NCBI RefSeq assembly: GCF_006345805.1
Contig: NC_043021.1
Span: 13,516,001 to 13,580,000, forward strand
Length of the DNA stretch: 64,000 nt
From: Octopus sinensis
Taxonomy: Eukaryota
Direction of reading: 5' to 3'
In this document: in pieces, positions 52,711 to 64,000 of the stretch
Layout of the letters: each line of letters opens with the position of its first letter
Numbering within the stretch: the stretch's first letter is position 1
The notes under the pieces: generated by a model
Seen by the model: only the letters and a program-made list of their open reading frames with translations
Databases searched by the model: none
Told to the model about the DNA's origin: nothing
Program-made: the position numbers and the translations under genes

Positions 52711-53450
52711 TATACATATATACGACAGGCTTCTTTCAGTTTCCGTCTACCAAATCCATTCACAAGGCTTTGGTCGGGCCGGGCTATAGCAGAAGACAAT
52801 TACCCAAGATGCCACGCAGTGGGATTGAACCCAGAACCATGTGGCTGGTTAGCAAGCTACTTACCACACAGCCACTCCTGCGTCTATATATATATAAATT
52901 TATATAAATAAGGATAAGATCGTTAATTTAAATATTGATCTTATCAAGTGGCCAGCATGGGAATAAAAATCTTCAAAGGTAATGATTATTATTAAAATTA
53001 ACATTTAATGTGGCTTTAGAGTCAAGTTTTGGCTGCTATTTCCAGCGTGGTGGTATCTCTTAGATACCCTAAATTATAATTTATATATATATATCATCAT
53101 CATCATCATCATTATCATCATCATCATTATCATCATCATCATCATCATCACTACCATCATCAGCATTATCGCATCATCATTATCATTTAACGTGTTTTCC
53201 ATGTTGGCATGGGTTCAACGACTTGATAGGAGCTGGCCAGCTAGGGGGGATCAGGGCTGCACCAGGCTCCAATTGTCTGTTTAGGCATGGTTTCTGTGGC
53301 TGGATGCCACATGAAAGGCACCCAGCACACGCTATAAAGTGGTTGGTATTAGAAAGGGCTTCCAGCCATAGAAACCATGCCAAAATAGACAATTGGATAG
53401 TGGGGCATATATGTGTAGGTATTGTATGATAACTCCTATACTATTTTGTA

Positions 53451-53514
<64 letters not shown>

Positions 53515-53904
53515 TATATATATATATTGTTGTCTTCGTCTGCCGAAAAAGGCATTTTTTTCCAAATACGCCAGCTAAACTAAGTTGTACTGTCTTTAGT
53601 CGTAAGACACCCACTGTTTTTGTCCTGTTATTACTATTATTGTTTTTTGCATTTATATTCGTGTGGCATCATCCATTTTCTGTCCTTGTTTCGTATACAT
53701 TCGATCCTTTTTCCAAGAAATATAATGCTCGTAGCTTAGTTTTTCCTTGGGGCTGCCCGGATCGGAGCGATCTCAAGATTAATCAGCCGAAATTGCGAGG
53801 ATGATCTGGTTCTTGACTGAAGATTGAAGGCTTCGAATGTCCCATCCGTGTTTTTTGTATCGTCTTCTAAATGTTTTACGTTCTTGTCCCAGTTTGTGTT
53901 TTTC

Positions 53905-53939
<35 letters not shown>

Positions 53940-54206
53940 ATACAAATAAGAAAATAGAGAAACAAATTTAGTTTGTTCATCAACTTTCAGATATTAGAAT
54001 GTTGGATTATTTATTCAGTTAACAAAATGAGAACCTCACTATCATACATATATATCTTATAATTCAATACATATAAGATAAGAATACAAATTATAAAATT
54101 CATAATATAAATTATTGAAATCATTAAAACCACTTTGGATAAATACTATTCCATAGTGGGTTACACCCATAACCCCTATCTTACTTTGTATTATACACAC
54201 ACACAC

Positions 54207-54451
54207 ATGATGTTATAATCAGACCACAAATCTATGAAATACAGCTGCCAAAGGTTTCCTGACCAAAACATTAATTTATTTTGCCATTCCTCAAGCTGAG
54301 AAGAAAACCGTTTGTCAGTTGCTCTATTTAAAAATCAACTGACAAACACTCGTTCTCAGCTTGAAAAATGACAAAATAAATTGATGTTCCAGCCAGGAAA
54401 CCCTGGGTAACTATATATAACAAGACTTGCGGTTTTTATTATAACATCATC
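54207..54451. mobile_element. Fold-back element with hammerhead-like motifs (54242-54298 minus; 54357-54413 plus)
   Basis: Arm consensus CAGC-TTGARRA-A-TGGC..GCCA-G-GAA-ACCCTGGGT-A-GCTG. Confidence 0.55.
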
Positions 54452-54707
54452 TTTACTCTCTTAACTGATCGAGTGCTACTTTACTTGCTGAAACCTCACC
54501 ACACTACACACACACACAACGCACGCATGCACGGATTTGTGACAGCAGCAGAAATATCAACACTAACACCAACGACCCCCAACACCAGTGTTACACCCGG
54601 AGATGATGACCTCGCCAACACCAGCAGCACCAGAGCGGCTACTGGCTTCAGGCACAATATTACTGAGCAGCAATACTACATCCTAGATTCAGATGAATAT
54701 GGTACTT

Positions 54708-55295
54708 AATAATAATAATAATAATGAAATTATTGTATACAGTTAGTTCTCAGGTGCACCACAACTTGTCAGAAAGTGCATATAAAGTATATGCAGTAAT
54801 GTACAAATGTCTGGAAAGCGAACAATGTATGAGTCAGATACACGCTTGTGTGTGTATGGAGGGGAGAAAATCAGGTGTAGTGTTGGCAAATCTCAAGAAG
54901 CATGGAAGTTTTGAAGGATGCAGTACTCCGACAACTAACAACTGATGCCGGCAGTTTGTTCCATGCTTCAGCAACTCTCATTGTGAAAAAATGCTTCCTA
55001 AAGTCATGGGAGCTGTGCTGTTTTCTGACTTTGTAAATATGTCCACGGGTGTTAGACAGGTGGAGTTTGAAAAGGTGCTCAGAGTTATTGTTTGTAAGAT
55101 GGTTAATAATTTTATGGGTGTCTGCCAAGTCAGCTGCCAGACGTCAGAGTTTCAATGTGTCCATGCCCAGGGAAGTAAGGCGTTCAGAATATGGCAAATG
55201 CCTGATGGAGGGTATTCTTTTGGTTGCACGTCGCTGAACGGCTTCCAGACAATTAATATCCTGGGCAAGATAGGGGTTCCAGACCAGTGATGCAG
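54708..55295 (-). mobile_element. CR1-like LINE 3' fragment
   Basis: ORF 54871-55128 contains NTRGHIYKVRK...FFTMRVAEAWNKLPASVV; upstream LEAVQRRATKRIP motif; (ATT)n tail. Confidence 0.85.
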
Positions 55296-55550
55296 GCACC
55301 AGAATTTAGTACGGTATTATCCATAAAATTTCAAAATAAAGTGATTAAAATAAAAATAAGCAACAAGGATATCCAGAGGTCATACAGTACAATCGTTTTT
55401 TGTGAGAGAGTGCTGCCGAGGTAATGAAGGTCGTTAATGGCTTCTAGAGGTGTGTCCCCTATGGTGATGGTAACTTCTGGTATTGCTTCAGTGGTCAGGG
55501 CATATAATCCTAATGACCCCTTCAAGACTCCTGTAGACTATCCTCTACAG

Positions 55551-55738
55551 CAGTGCTCTGCAACTGTTATGGTATGGCACACTAGTGTGCCACGAGATGG
55601 TGCTAGGTATTGTCGCAGTATAACTCAAATATAATTTTTCCCCTATACTTTTAGTTGTACTTTTAGTGTTCAGGTGTAATACCAAATTTTGAAAAGAATA
55701 TAAGTGCTCTGCAAATGAAAAGATTTTGCAGAGCACTG
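55551..55738. mobile_element. hAT (Charlie-like) MITE
   Basis: TIR CAGTGCTCTGCAA / TTGCAGAGCACTG; 8-bp TSD CTCTACAG/CTCTACAT. Confidence 0.8.
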
Positions 55739-56666
55739 CTCTACATTGAGCTTGTCAACAGGAAATGACATCGAGGACCCCCAAAACACAGATTCAAAGA
55801 CCATCTGAAGTCTTCCCTCCTTCAAGCTGAAATCAGCCCTTAACACCTATTTCTTTATTACCCACGAGGGGCTAAACATAGAGAGGACAAACAAGGACAG
55901 ACATAGGTATTAAGTCGATTACATTGACCCCAGTGCATAACTGGTACTTAATTTATCGACCCCGAAAGGATGAAAGGCAAAGTCGACCTTGGCGGAATTA
56001 GAACTCACAACGTAACGACAGACGAAATACGGCTACGCATTTCGCCCGGCGTGCTAACGTTTCTGCCAGCTCGCCGCCTTATCAGCCCTTAACACCTGGG
56101 AAACAGAAGCCTCCAACTATGCATCCTTTCAAGGAGAGGAGAAAGACTGAAAAAGAAGTAAAAAGAAGGCAATGCAAGGCACAGAAATTCCAGCCATGCC
56201 CATCACCCACCCTGCCATACGATCATTGCCCTAAACTGTTCCATTTCCAACTGAGCCATGTTAGGTTTAAGTATTATGGAGGCACCAAATGAACCAAACT
56301 CGGACATGAGTGGTGCCAATGGTCAGTTTTGCCTTTCATCCTTTTGGGATCAATAAAATAAGAACCAGTTGAGCACTGAGATCAATGTAATCAACATCCC
56401 TTTCCCTGAACTTGCTGGCCTTGTGCCAAAATTTGAAACTATTATCTATTTCTCTATCTATCTATCTATCTATCTGTCTATCTATCTGTCTATCTTTCTT
56501 TCTATTGATATATCTCTACATACATACATGTATATTTAGATGTGTGTGTGTATGTATGTATGTATGTATACACACACACACACACATATATATATGTATA
56601 TATATGGCGGTGCCCCAGCATGGCCACAGCTCATGAGCTGAAACTAGATAAAACGAAAAAAAATTG

Positions 56667-56755
<89 letters not shown>

Positions 56756-56869
56756 AAGCATGTGTTTATTTGAAAAAATACTTTTCTAAATATAAAATTA
56801 CTACCTATGTAAAAAAAAAAATCTTGAATAAAATAGATTAATAAAAAGATGATCCAAAAAAATCTAGAT

Positions 56870-56906
<37 letters not shown>

Positions 56907-57169
56907 TGACAGAGAGAGAGGGAGGAGACATACATAGGTATTAATACACACAGTCATGTGTATGTAAATATAACAGACTGCAAAAAGAAAAACTGAATAG
57001 CAAGAATGAAAAGGAAATCTAATTAAATTAATCAAAAGAAATTTAATTAAATTTTTGAGTTTTTCAAATTTTTTAAATGAGTTATTTCCCCTTTCGACCG
57101 ATTTCGTTTTTAACGATAAAAAAAAAAATAACAACTAGTTAACTAATCAACAACGCCGATATAAAATCA

Positions 57170-57304
57170 ACGTCGGCAATTCAAAAGACGTTCGCTGATT
57201 GGTCGAGGGCGCGAATTTTGAAAATTCGTATTTGCAGCTGTTGTTTCATCTTGTTTTTATTCTTCAGTAATTCTCTGATTTGGAAACGAACTGAATTTTA
57301 AACG
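57170..57304 (+). promoter_or_regulatory. Putative cell-cycle promoter and non-coding first exon of the CDCA3-like gene
   Basis: Reverse CCAAT (ATTGG 57198-57202), GGGCGCGAA (57207-57215), TTTGAA (57217-57222), local CpG cluster, donor acg|gtaatt at 57305. Confidence 0.55.
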
Positions 57305-57493
57305 GTAATTCTTTGGTTTATCTATATTCATTCAACTATATATGTAAATATGAATAATAAGAAGTCACAATATGGCAATTTCTATTTTATCTGTGTATTT
57401 TCTTAGGTTTTTCTTTGAGGATTGTTTTCGTCAAATTGAAGTTGTTTACACCCCTTCAACTATATATATGTATATATATATATATATATACAA

Positions 57494-57782
57494 ACTGGGG
57501 CTACAAACTACAGTAGCATCCACCCTTTTGGGTTAGCCATATTCAAATGGCTTATATGCATCATATATATATATATAGTCACAATGAGGGATATTTGAAC
57601 CTTTTATAGGGATATTTTTTCAAGATACGCTGGTTTAATATATTGTATTTTGAGGAGATGTTTCTTCAATGAATGTATTATATAAAATGTATATAATATA
57701 TATATATATACTACTGGGGCTACAAACTACAGTAGCATCCACCCTTTTGGTTAGCCATATTCAAATGGCATATATGCATCGT

Positions 57783-57826
<44 letters not shown>

Positions 57827-57930
57827 TCACAATGAGGGATATTTGAACCTTTTATAGGGATATTTAGTGCTGGTTTAATATATTATATTTTGAGGAAATG
57901 TTTCTTCAATGAATGTATTATATAAAATGT
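57494..57930. repeat. Direct tandem duplication, unit ~220 bp
   Basis: actggggctacaaactacagtagc at 57495 and 57713; copies differ by substitutions and indels. Confidence 0.85.
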
Positions 57931-58006
57931 CGTAAAATATTCAACATTATTATCGAGTTAGAAAACACACCGATCTAATGGATACAAATTAATTTATTAA
58001 CTAATC

Positions 58007-58207
58007 CAGTGGTTTTCAACCAGGGTTCCGCCAGTACAGTGCAGGGGGTCCGCAAGAAGTTACAAAACTGCTAAAATCGGCAGTAATTTTTAATTCTCCT
58101 GTGCAGATATGTGTGCATAAGACTATTAAATTATTGCACTGGGGTTCCTCGAGCCAGTGGAATGTTTCCTTGGGGTTCCGCTCCAGCAAAAAGTTTGAAA
58201 AGCACTG
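58007..58207. mobile_element. hAT MITE nested in a fold-back element (~57945-58282)
   Basis: Perfect 8-bp TSD AACTAATC; TIR CAGTGGTTTTCAA / TTGAAAAGCACTG. Confidence 0.85.
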
Positions 58208-60625
58208 AACTAATCAGTATGTTGATTAATTAATAAATTAATTTGTATCTATTAGATGTCCCTGTTTTCTTCCTCGATAATATATATATATTCACTCATT
58301 AGATGCGGCCATACTGGGACACCACTTTGTAATGTTTAGTCGAACAAATAAACCCCAGTATTATTATTTTTTTTTTTTGAGGTCTGATACTTATTCTATC
58401 GGTCATTTTCGCCGAACTGTTACGTTACGCTGATTTAAATCCACACTGGTTATCAAGCAGTGGAGGTCAAACACACACATACTATGGGCTTCTTTCAGTT
58501 TCCATCCACTAAATCCACTCACAAGGCTCTGGACGGCCCAAGGCTATAACAGAAGACGCCCTAGGTGCCAAACAGATACATACCATTAGTGCTCAGGTCG
58601 AATTTGTGTCTAATCTCCGACTTTAAATGCAGGTGTGTGGGTGCTGACTAAATGAAGATTGTCTACAAGCAATATATCGATTAAGCTGGTATATGAATAA
58701 TTGAATACAAGGATAGGCTGGTAAATAACACGTATAGGGGTTAGAATGTGATATGTTTATATTTACACAGCATTTAGAGAAAAATGCATTATGGAGTGTA
58801 AATTTGAATTCCGCTGCTCTATGCATTTATTTTTCTCTATATATTGTACAAAATGTATAGGCGCAGGCGTGGCTGTATGGTAAGAAGCTTGCTTCCCAAC
58901 CACATGGTTCCGGGTTCAGTCCCATTGCGTGGCACCTCGGGCGGCTGTCTTCTACTCTAGCCTCGGACCAACCAAAGCCTTGTGAGTAGATTCGGTAGAC
59001 GGAAACTGAAAGAATCCTGTCATATGTGTGTGTGTCCTACTACCACTTGATAACCGATGTTAGTGTGTTTACGTCACCGTAAGCTAGCGGTTCGGCAAAG
59101 AGATTGATAGAATAAGTACCAGGCTTAAAAAAGATTTTTTAAAAAGACTGGGGACGATTCATTCGACTGAAAATTCTTCAAGGCAATGCCCCAGCATGGC
59201 CACAATTTAATGGCTGAAACAAGTAAAAAATAAAAATACGACTTTGTTTCCTTTTAACTTCCAGACAAGTGTATATTTTTTTAATGAAATTTTCTACAAA
59301 TATGCTTCAAATGGTATAAATTATGATTATATCAGAATTTGTAAAAAAAAATTATCTGTGGATGGGGAGAGAAGTTTTGGAAAATTTGAAGAAGTCACTA
59401 TTGTTTTCTAATAACTTACAGAAAATGGGTGATTAAAAAAAATTTTTTTTTTTAATTCTCTACAAATACTTTTCAAAGTCTGTAGATTACGATTGTACTG
59501 GAATTTGATGTGGAAAAAAAAAATTGATGGGCTTCCACACATAAATACTGACATGAAACTTGAAATTTGGAAAAACAAAATTGTGGCATTCCTTCGATAT
59601 AGCTCGACATGGTCGAGACATTTCACTTCGGATATTTTCGTGGGGTGTGGAGTATAGATCATCATCGTTTAACGTCCATTCTCCATGCTAGCATGGGTTG
59701 GACGGTTCGACCGGGGATCTGGGAAGCCAGAAGGCTGCACCAGGCTCCGGTCTTATCTGGCAATGTTTCTACAGCTGGATGCCCTTCCTAACGCCAACCA
59801 CTCCGTGAGTGTAGTGGGTGCCGAAATTATGCCAGCAATGTCTCGTTTTAAAAAGCCTCGCATATTTGTTCTTACCTGTTTCATGTGTGTATGTAAAATC
59901 CGCAAATTTCCAAGCAGAAAACAGAATCGAACTATCATTTGCTTCCACAGAAATACCCAAAGTGAAGGGTTTTGATTTTGTCGAGTTATATCAAAAGAAT
60001 GCTGAAATTGTGATGTGTGTCAGTCTGTATGTATGCATGCTCATAATTTTTTTGTCACATTCCGATACAATTGGAATCTAGGCTGTATTTTTTTTAAAAT
60101 TTCATTAAGAAAATATCCATTTTTCCGAAAGTTGTGAAGAAACAAAGCTGGTGGGTGGGACACACTTGTGTAGGTATGCTAACGTATGTGTGTATTGGTT
60201 TCAAATTTTGGTAGAATGCAAGCAATTTCGGGAAAGGGATAGGTCGATTACAATGACCCCCAGTGTTCAACTGGTACTTATTTTATCGACCCTGAAAGGT
60301 AAAGTCAACCTCAGCGGACGAAATGCTGCTAAGCATTTGACTTCTACTCTAGCCTTGGACTAACCAAAGCTAAAATATAATTACTTATTGTACAAAATGT
60401 CTTGCAGTATTCCTTCCAGCTCTTTACATTTTGATTTTCAAATTCCACTGAGGTTAACTGAGCCTTTCATCCCGCCAGGATCGATGAAATACGAGTGAAC
60501 TACTAGGGTCATAGTATCACCTAACCTCATCCTCTTAAAATCACTGGCTTTGTACCTAAATTTCATTAAAAAATTTTTTTTATTTTAGGGACTTTTAAAA
60601 TTTACCTACTTCTTCAAATATCACC

Positions 60626-60857
60626 ATGGGCAACTGGATAAGTGGAACCCAGGATCCAGCAGCTGATGTTGCCACTCCGCCGCCATCAGTGCTTTCCTTA
60701 CATCAACGGTATTCCCTCGATCCTCGATCCCCTTCTACATTCTTCAAGCGTACCCCTATCTTGGTGTGTGACAAACCAAATCCAATGCTCGATCCACGAT
60801 CACCATCTTTTGAAATCAACCGAACCCCTTTATTCTGTAGCTACCACAAAGAAAATG
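60626..60857 (+). CDS. CDCA3: CDCA3/Tome-1-like protein, first coding exon
   Basis: MGNWIS start (possible myristoylation Gly2), two DPRSPS...RTP repeats characteristic of CDCA3, Kozak ACCATGG, upstream acceptor ttttag| at 60588, donor G|GTAAGA at 60858 (phase 1). Confidence 0.75.
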
Positions 60858-61829
60858 GTAAGAATTTTTTTCTTCTTTTTTTATCTTTTGGCTCCTTCCC
60901 CACCCCACCCCACATCTCATGTCAGAAGCTAATACCTTTCTTATTTCAGAGGTTCAAATCCTACCCCGATAACCATTTCTCCACTCATGTTCACTATTCA
61001 CTGCATTTCCCTCCACCCACTCGCCTCTCACATTCTCACAAACTTTTTTTATCCACCCTTACCACATCTCCTTATTCACCTCCCTGCAACTTGAGGGTAC
61101 ACCCTGACACCTCTTTACTACCATACCCCTCCTCCAGCTGGGACAACCATGTGTCTCCTTCTGCAGCAAGACATCTATCTCTACCCCCCCCTATTTTACT
61201 GTAACCTCCCATCATCTGGCATAAAGCCACCTCCTCAATACTACTCCCACCCCACTCCCTCACTTAGGTCTTTTTCTTGTGAATATTTGTTGACCCCACT
61301 AGTCCCAGTGCCTCATAAAAAGCTTCCAATATATTCTGTAAAGTGGTTCGTGTTAAGAAGGGCATAATGTCAAAACAAGCAGAGAAAAACATACATGCAT
61401 ATTTACATTTATATATACAGTAATCACTCACAATATCATGGTTCACCTGTCACACCCTCAGTACATAGCAGATTTTTCTGGCTAATATATATAAATTTAT
61501 ATCACGGACTCCTCACTATATCTTGGGTTTCTGTGGCCGATAGGTATTTAGTTTTTTTAATTTTAATTATTTCTCTGGTAAAATACGCATTTTCATGCCT
61601 AAAAATTAATGTCCCCGTCACTTAGCGTTTCGGCAAAAGAGACCGATAGAATAAGTACTGGGCTTCCAAAGAATAAGTCCTGGGGTCGATTTGCTCGACT
61701 AAAGGCGGTGCTCCAGCATGGCCGCAGTCAAATGACTGAAACAAGTAAAAGAGTAATTGATAAATAAAAATACAGTACAGTACTGCACTGTATAACACTT
61801 TAATTAAAATATATTAAAGAAAATATGTA

Positions 61830-62370
61830 GTGCAGGCGTGGCTGTGTGGTGCGTAGCTTGCTTACGAACCACATGGTTCCGGGTTCATTCCCACTGCATG
61901 GCACCTTGGGCAAGTGTCTTCTACTATAACCTCAGGCAGACCAAAGCCTTGTGAGTGGATTTGGTAGACAGAAAATGAAAGAAACCCGTCATATATATAT
62001 GTGTGTGTGTGATTGTGTGTCTGTGTTTGTCCTCCCAACATCGCTTGACAACCGATGCTGGTGTGTTTGTGTCCCCGTAACTTAGCGGTTCGGCAAAAGG
62101 GACTTATTCTTTGTAAGCATCGGTTGTCAAGCGATGGTGGTGGGGGACAAACACAGACACAAACATATACACACACACACACACATACATACATACATAT
62201 ATATATATACGACAGGCTTCTTTCAGTTTCCGTCTACCAAATCCACTCACAAGGCTTTGGTCAGCCCGAGGCTATAGTAGAAGACACTTACCTAAGGTGC
62301 CATGCTGTGGGACTGAACCCTGAACCATGTGGTTCGTAAGCAAGCTACTTGCTACATGGCCACTCCTATG
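61830..62370. mobile_element. Inverted pair of family A SINEs in the CDCA3-like intron
   Basis: Plus-strand copy 61830-62100 is joined directly to a minus-strand copy 62100-62370. Confidence 0.85.
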
Positions 62371-62559
62371 TAATTATTAAAATATTTTGTATACTGTAGG
62401 AGTATGACCAAGTTATTGCAGATGAATCTTAACAACAAAATCTTATGTGAACCCCTAAGGGCCAAATGAGCCCAGTTGAGTTCCACTAATATAGAGTTAC
62501 CTATCTTTTCTATTTGAATTCAAATCCCATTAGCATAGTTACCATCATATGTACTTACT

Positions 62560-63468
62560 TTCTTGTCTCATGCTTGTGTGTGTGTGTTGTTTTATTGTGC
62601 ATGTGTGTGTGTGTTTCTTGCCTTATTGTGCATGTGTGTATGTGTCTTGCTTAGTGTGTGTTTGTGCGTATGTGTTGTCTTATTGTGTGTGTGTGTGTTT
62701 CTTCCTTACTGTGCATGCGTGTGTGTGCCTTTCTTGCTTAGTGTGTGTATGTGTTTCTCATTTACTGTGCATGTGTGTGTGTGTCTTTCTTGCTTAGTGT
62801 GTGTATGTGTGTTTCTCATTTACTGTGCATGCGTGTGTGTGTGTCTTTCTTGCTCAGTGTGTGTATGTGTGTTTCTCATTTACTGTGCATGTGTGTGTGT
62901 GTCTTTCTTGCTCAGTGTGAGTATGTGTGTTTCTCATTTACTGTGCATGCATGTGTGTCTTTCTTGCTCAGTGTGTGTATGTGTGTTTCTCATTTACTGT
63001 GCATGCGTGTGTGTCTTTCTTGCTCAGTGTGAGTATGTGTGTTTCTCATTTACTGTGCATGCGTGTGTGTGTGTCTTTCTTGCTTAGTGTGTGTATCTCA
63101 TTTACTGTGCATGCGTGTGTGTGCCTTTCTTGCTTAGTGTGTGTATGTGTGTTTTTCATTTACAGTGCATGCGTGTGTGTGCCTTTCTTGCTTAGTGTGT
63201 GTATCTCATTTACTGTGCATGCGTGTGTGTGCCTTTCTTGCTTAGTGTGTGTATGTGTGTTTTTCATTTACAGTGCATGCGTGTGTGTGCCTTTCTTGCT
63301 TAGTGTGTGTATGTGTGTTTCTCACTTACTGTGCATGCGTGTGTGTGTCTTTCTTGCTTAGTGTGTGTATGTGTGTTTCTCATTTACTGTGCATGTGTGT
63401 GTGTGTCTTTCTTGCTTAGTGTGTGTATGTGTGTTTCTCATTTACTGTGCATGTGTGTTTGTGTCTTG
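62560..63468. repeat. ~55-60-bp GT-rich minisatellite, intronic
   Basis: Unit gtgtgtatgtgtgtttctcatttactgtgcatgcgtgtgtgtgtctttcttgctta repeated more than 12 times. Confidence 0.9.
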
Positions 63469-63737
63469 CAGTGAATTCAAGAACATATTAATCTCCAATC
63501 AGTTTGCATGCAAATATGTGCACTCACTTGCAGACAACAGCATCTGAGAGAACCATCAACATCAACACTACCACCACCAACAACAACCAGCTAAAATGCT
63601 TGTTCCTTTGTGTGTGATAGCGTTTGTCTCTTCTGTGTGCTTCTGGTACTTGTTCTGTGTGTTTTTGTGTGTGCTGTGTTGTGTACATCCACCATGCACC
63701 CTCTCTCTCTCTCACAATCCATTTGTCTACTCACCAG

Positions 63738-64000
63738 AGGTCACAAATACCCCGGTACCGCAACCCGCTACTGCATTCACGTCGTCACCGATGGTAAACA
63801 AGATCAAGCCACTGTCCTTCGAGGGGGACAGTGAGAGGGAGGAGGAAGAGGTGCACGAGAATGAGTCATCGTATTTGTCCATCATGTCCGAGCAGAATAT
63901 CAGCACCCACCACAACATCACCCTGGCTCAGCCGGACTACCTAAGTGACCAGATGACCCATCTGGTTGCAGAGTGTTCCATCACAGAGAAACCGGACATC
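63738..64000 (+). CDS. CDCA3: CDCA3-like protein, next coding exon (partial, runs off window)
   Basis: Acceptor ctcaccag| at 63737. A phase-1 join to 60857 gives ...KEN-E-VTNTPVPQPATAFTSSPMVNKIKPLSFEGDSEREEEEVHENESSYLSIMSEQ..., open for 87 codons to the window end. Confidence 0.65.

Noticed and set aside
63472-63547. Alternative acceptors (tcttgcag at 63471, acttgcag at 63533) for the CDCA3-like exon
   Set aside because: In phase 1 both reach a stop within seven codons, whereas 63738 gives a long open frame.

Overview
AT-rich, repeat-saturated eukaryotic DNA. The tRNA-derived SINE families and microsatellite load are typical of an octopus (coleoid cephalopod) genome; this assignment is an inference. 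Almost all ORFs in the supplied track are microsatellite or SINE noise. Supported genes: (1) an intact, intronless farnesyl diphosphate synthase (45183-46223, minus); (2) a spliced CDCA3/Tome-1-like gene (coding exons 60626-60857 and 63738->64000, plus) with a putative CCAAT + E2F/CDE + CHR promoter near 57.2 kb; (3) possibly the 5' end of a minus-strand gene leaving the window at base 1. Mobile DNA includes at least four SINE families, CR1-like and RTE LINE fragments, a Penelope-like GIY-YIG fragment, Helitrons, and piggyBac, hAT and Merlin-like MITEs. The most unusual signal is a set of unrelated fold-back (palindromic) elements that each fold by hand into a minimal type I hammerhead ribozyme with a different core. 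One has a G3-C8 swapped core in a 135-bp tandem, retrozyme-like unit. Another joins a tRNA-like head to a hammerhead. These folds were done by eye and none has been tested.
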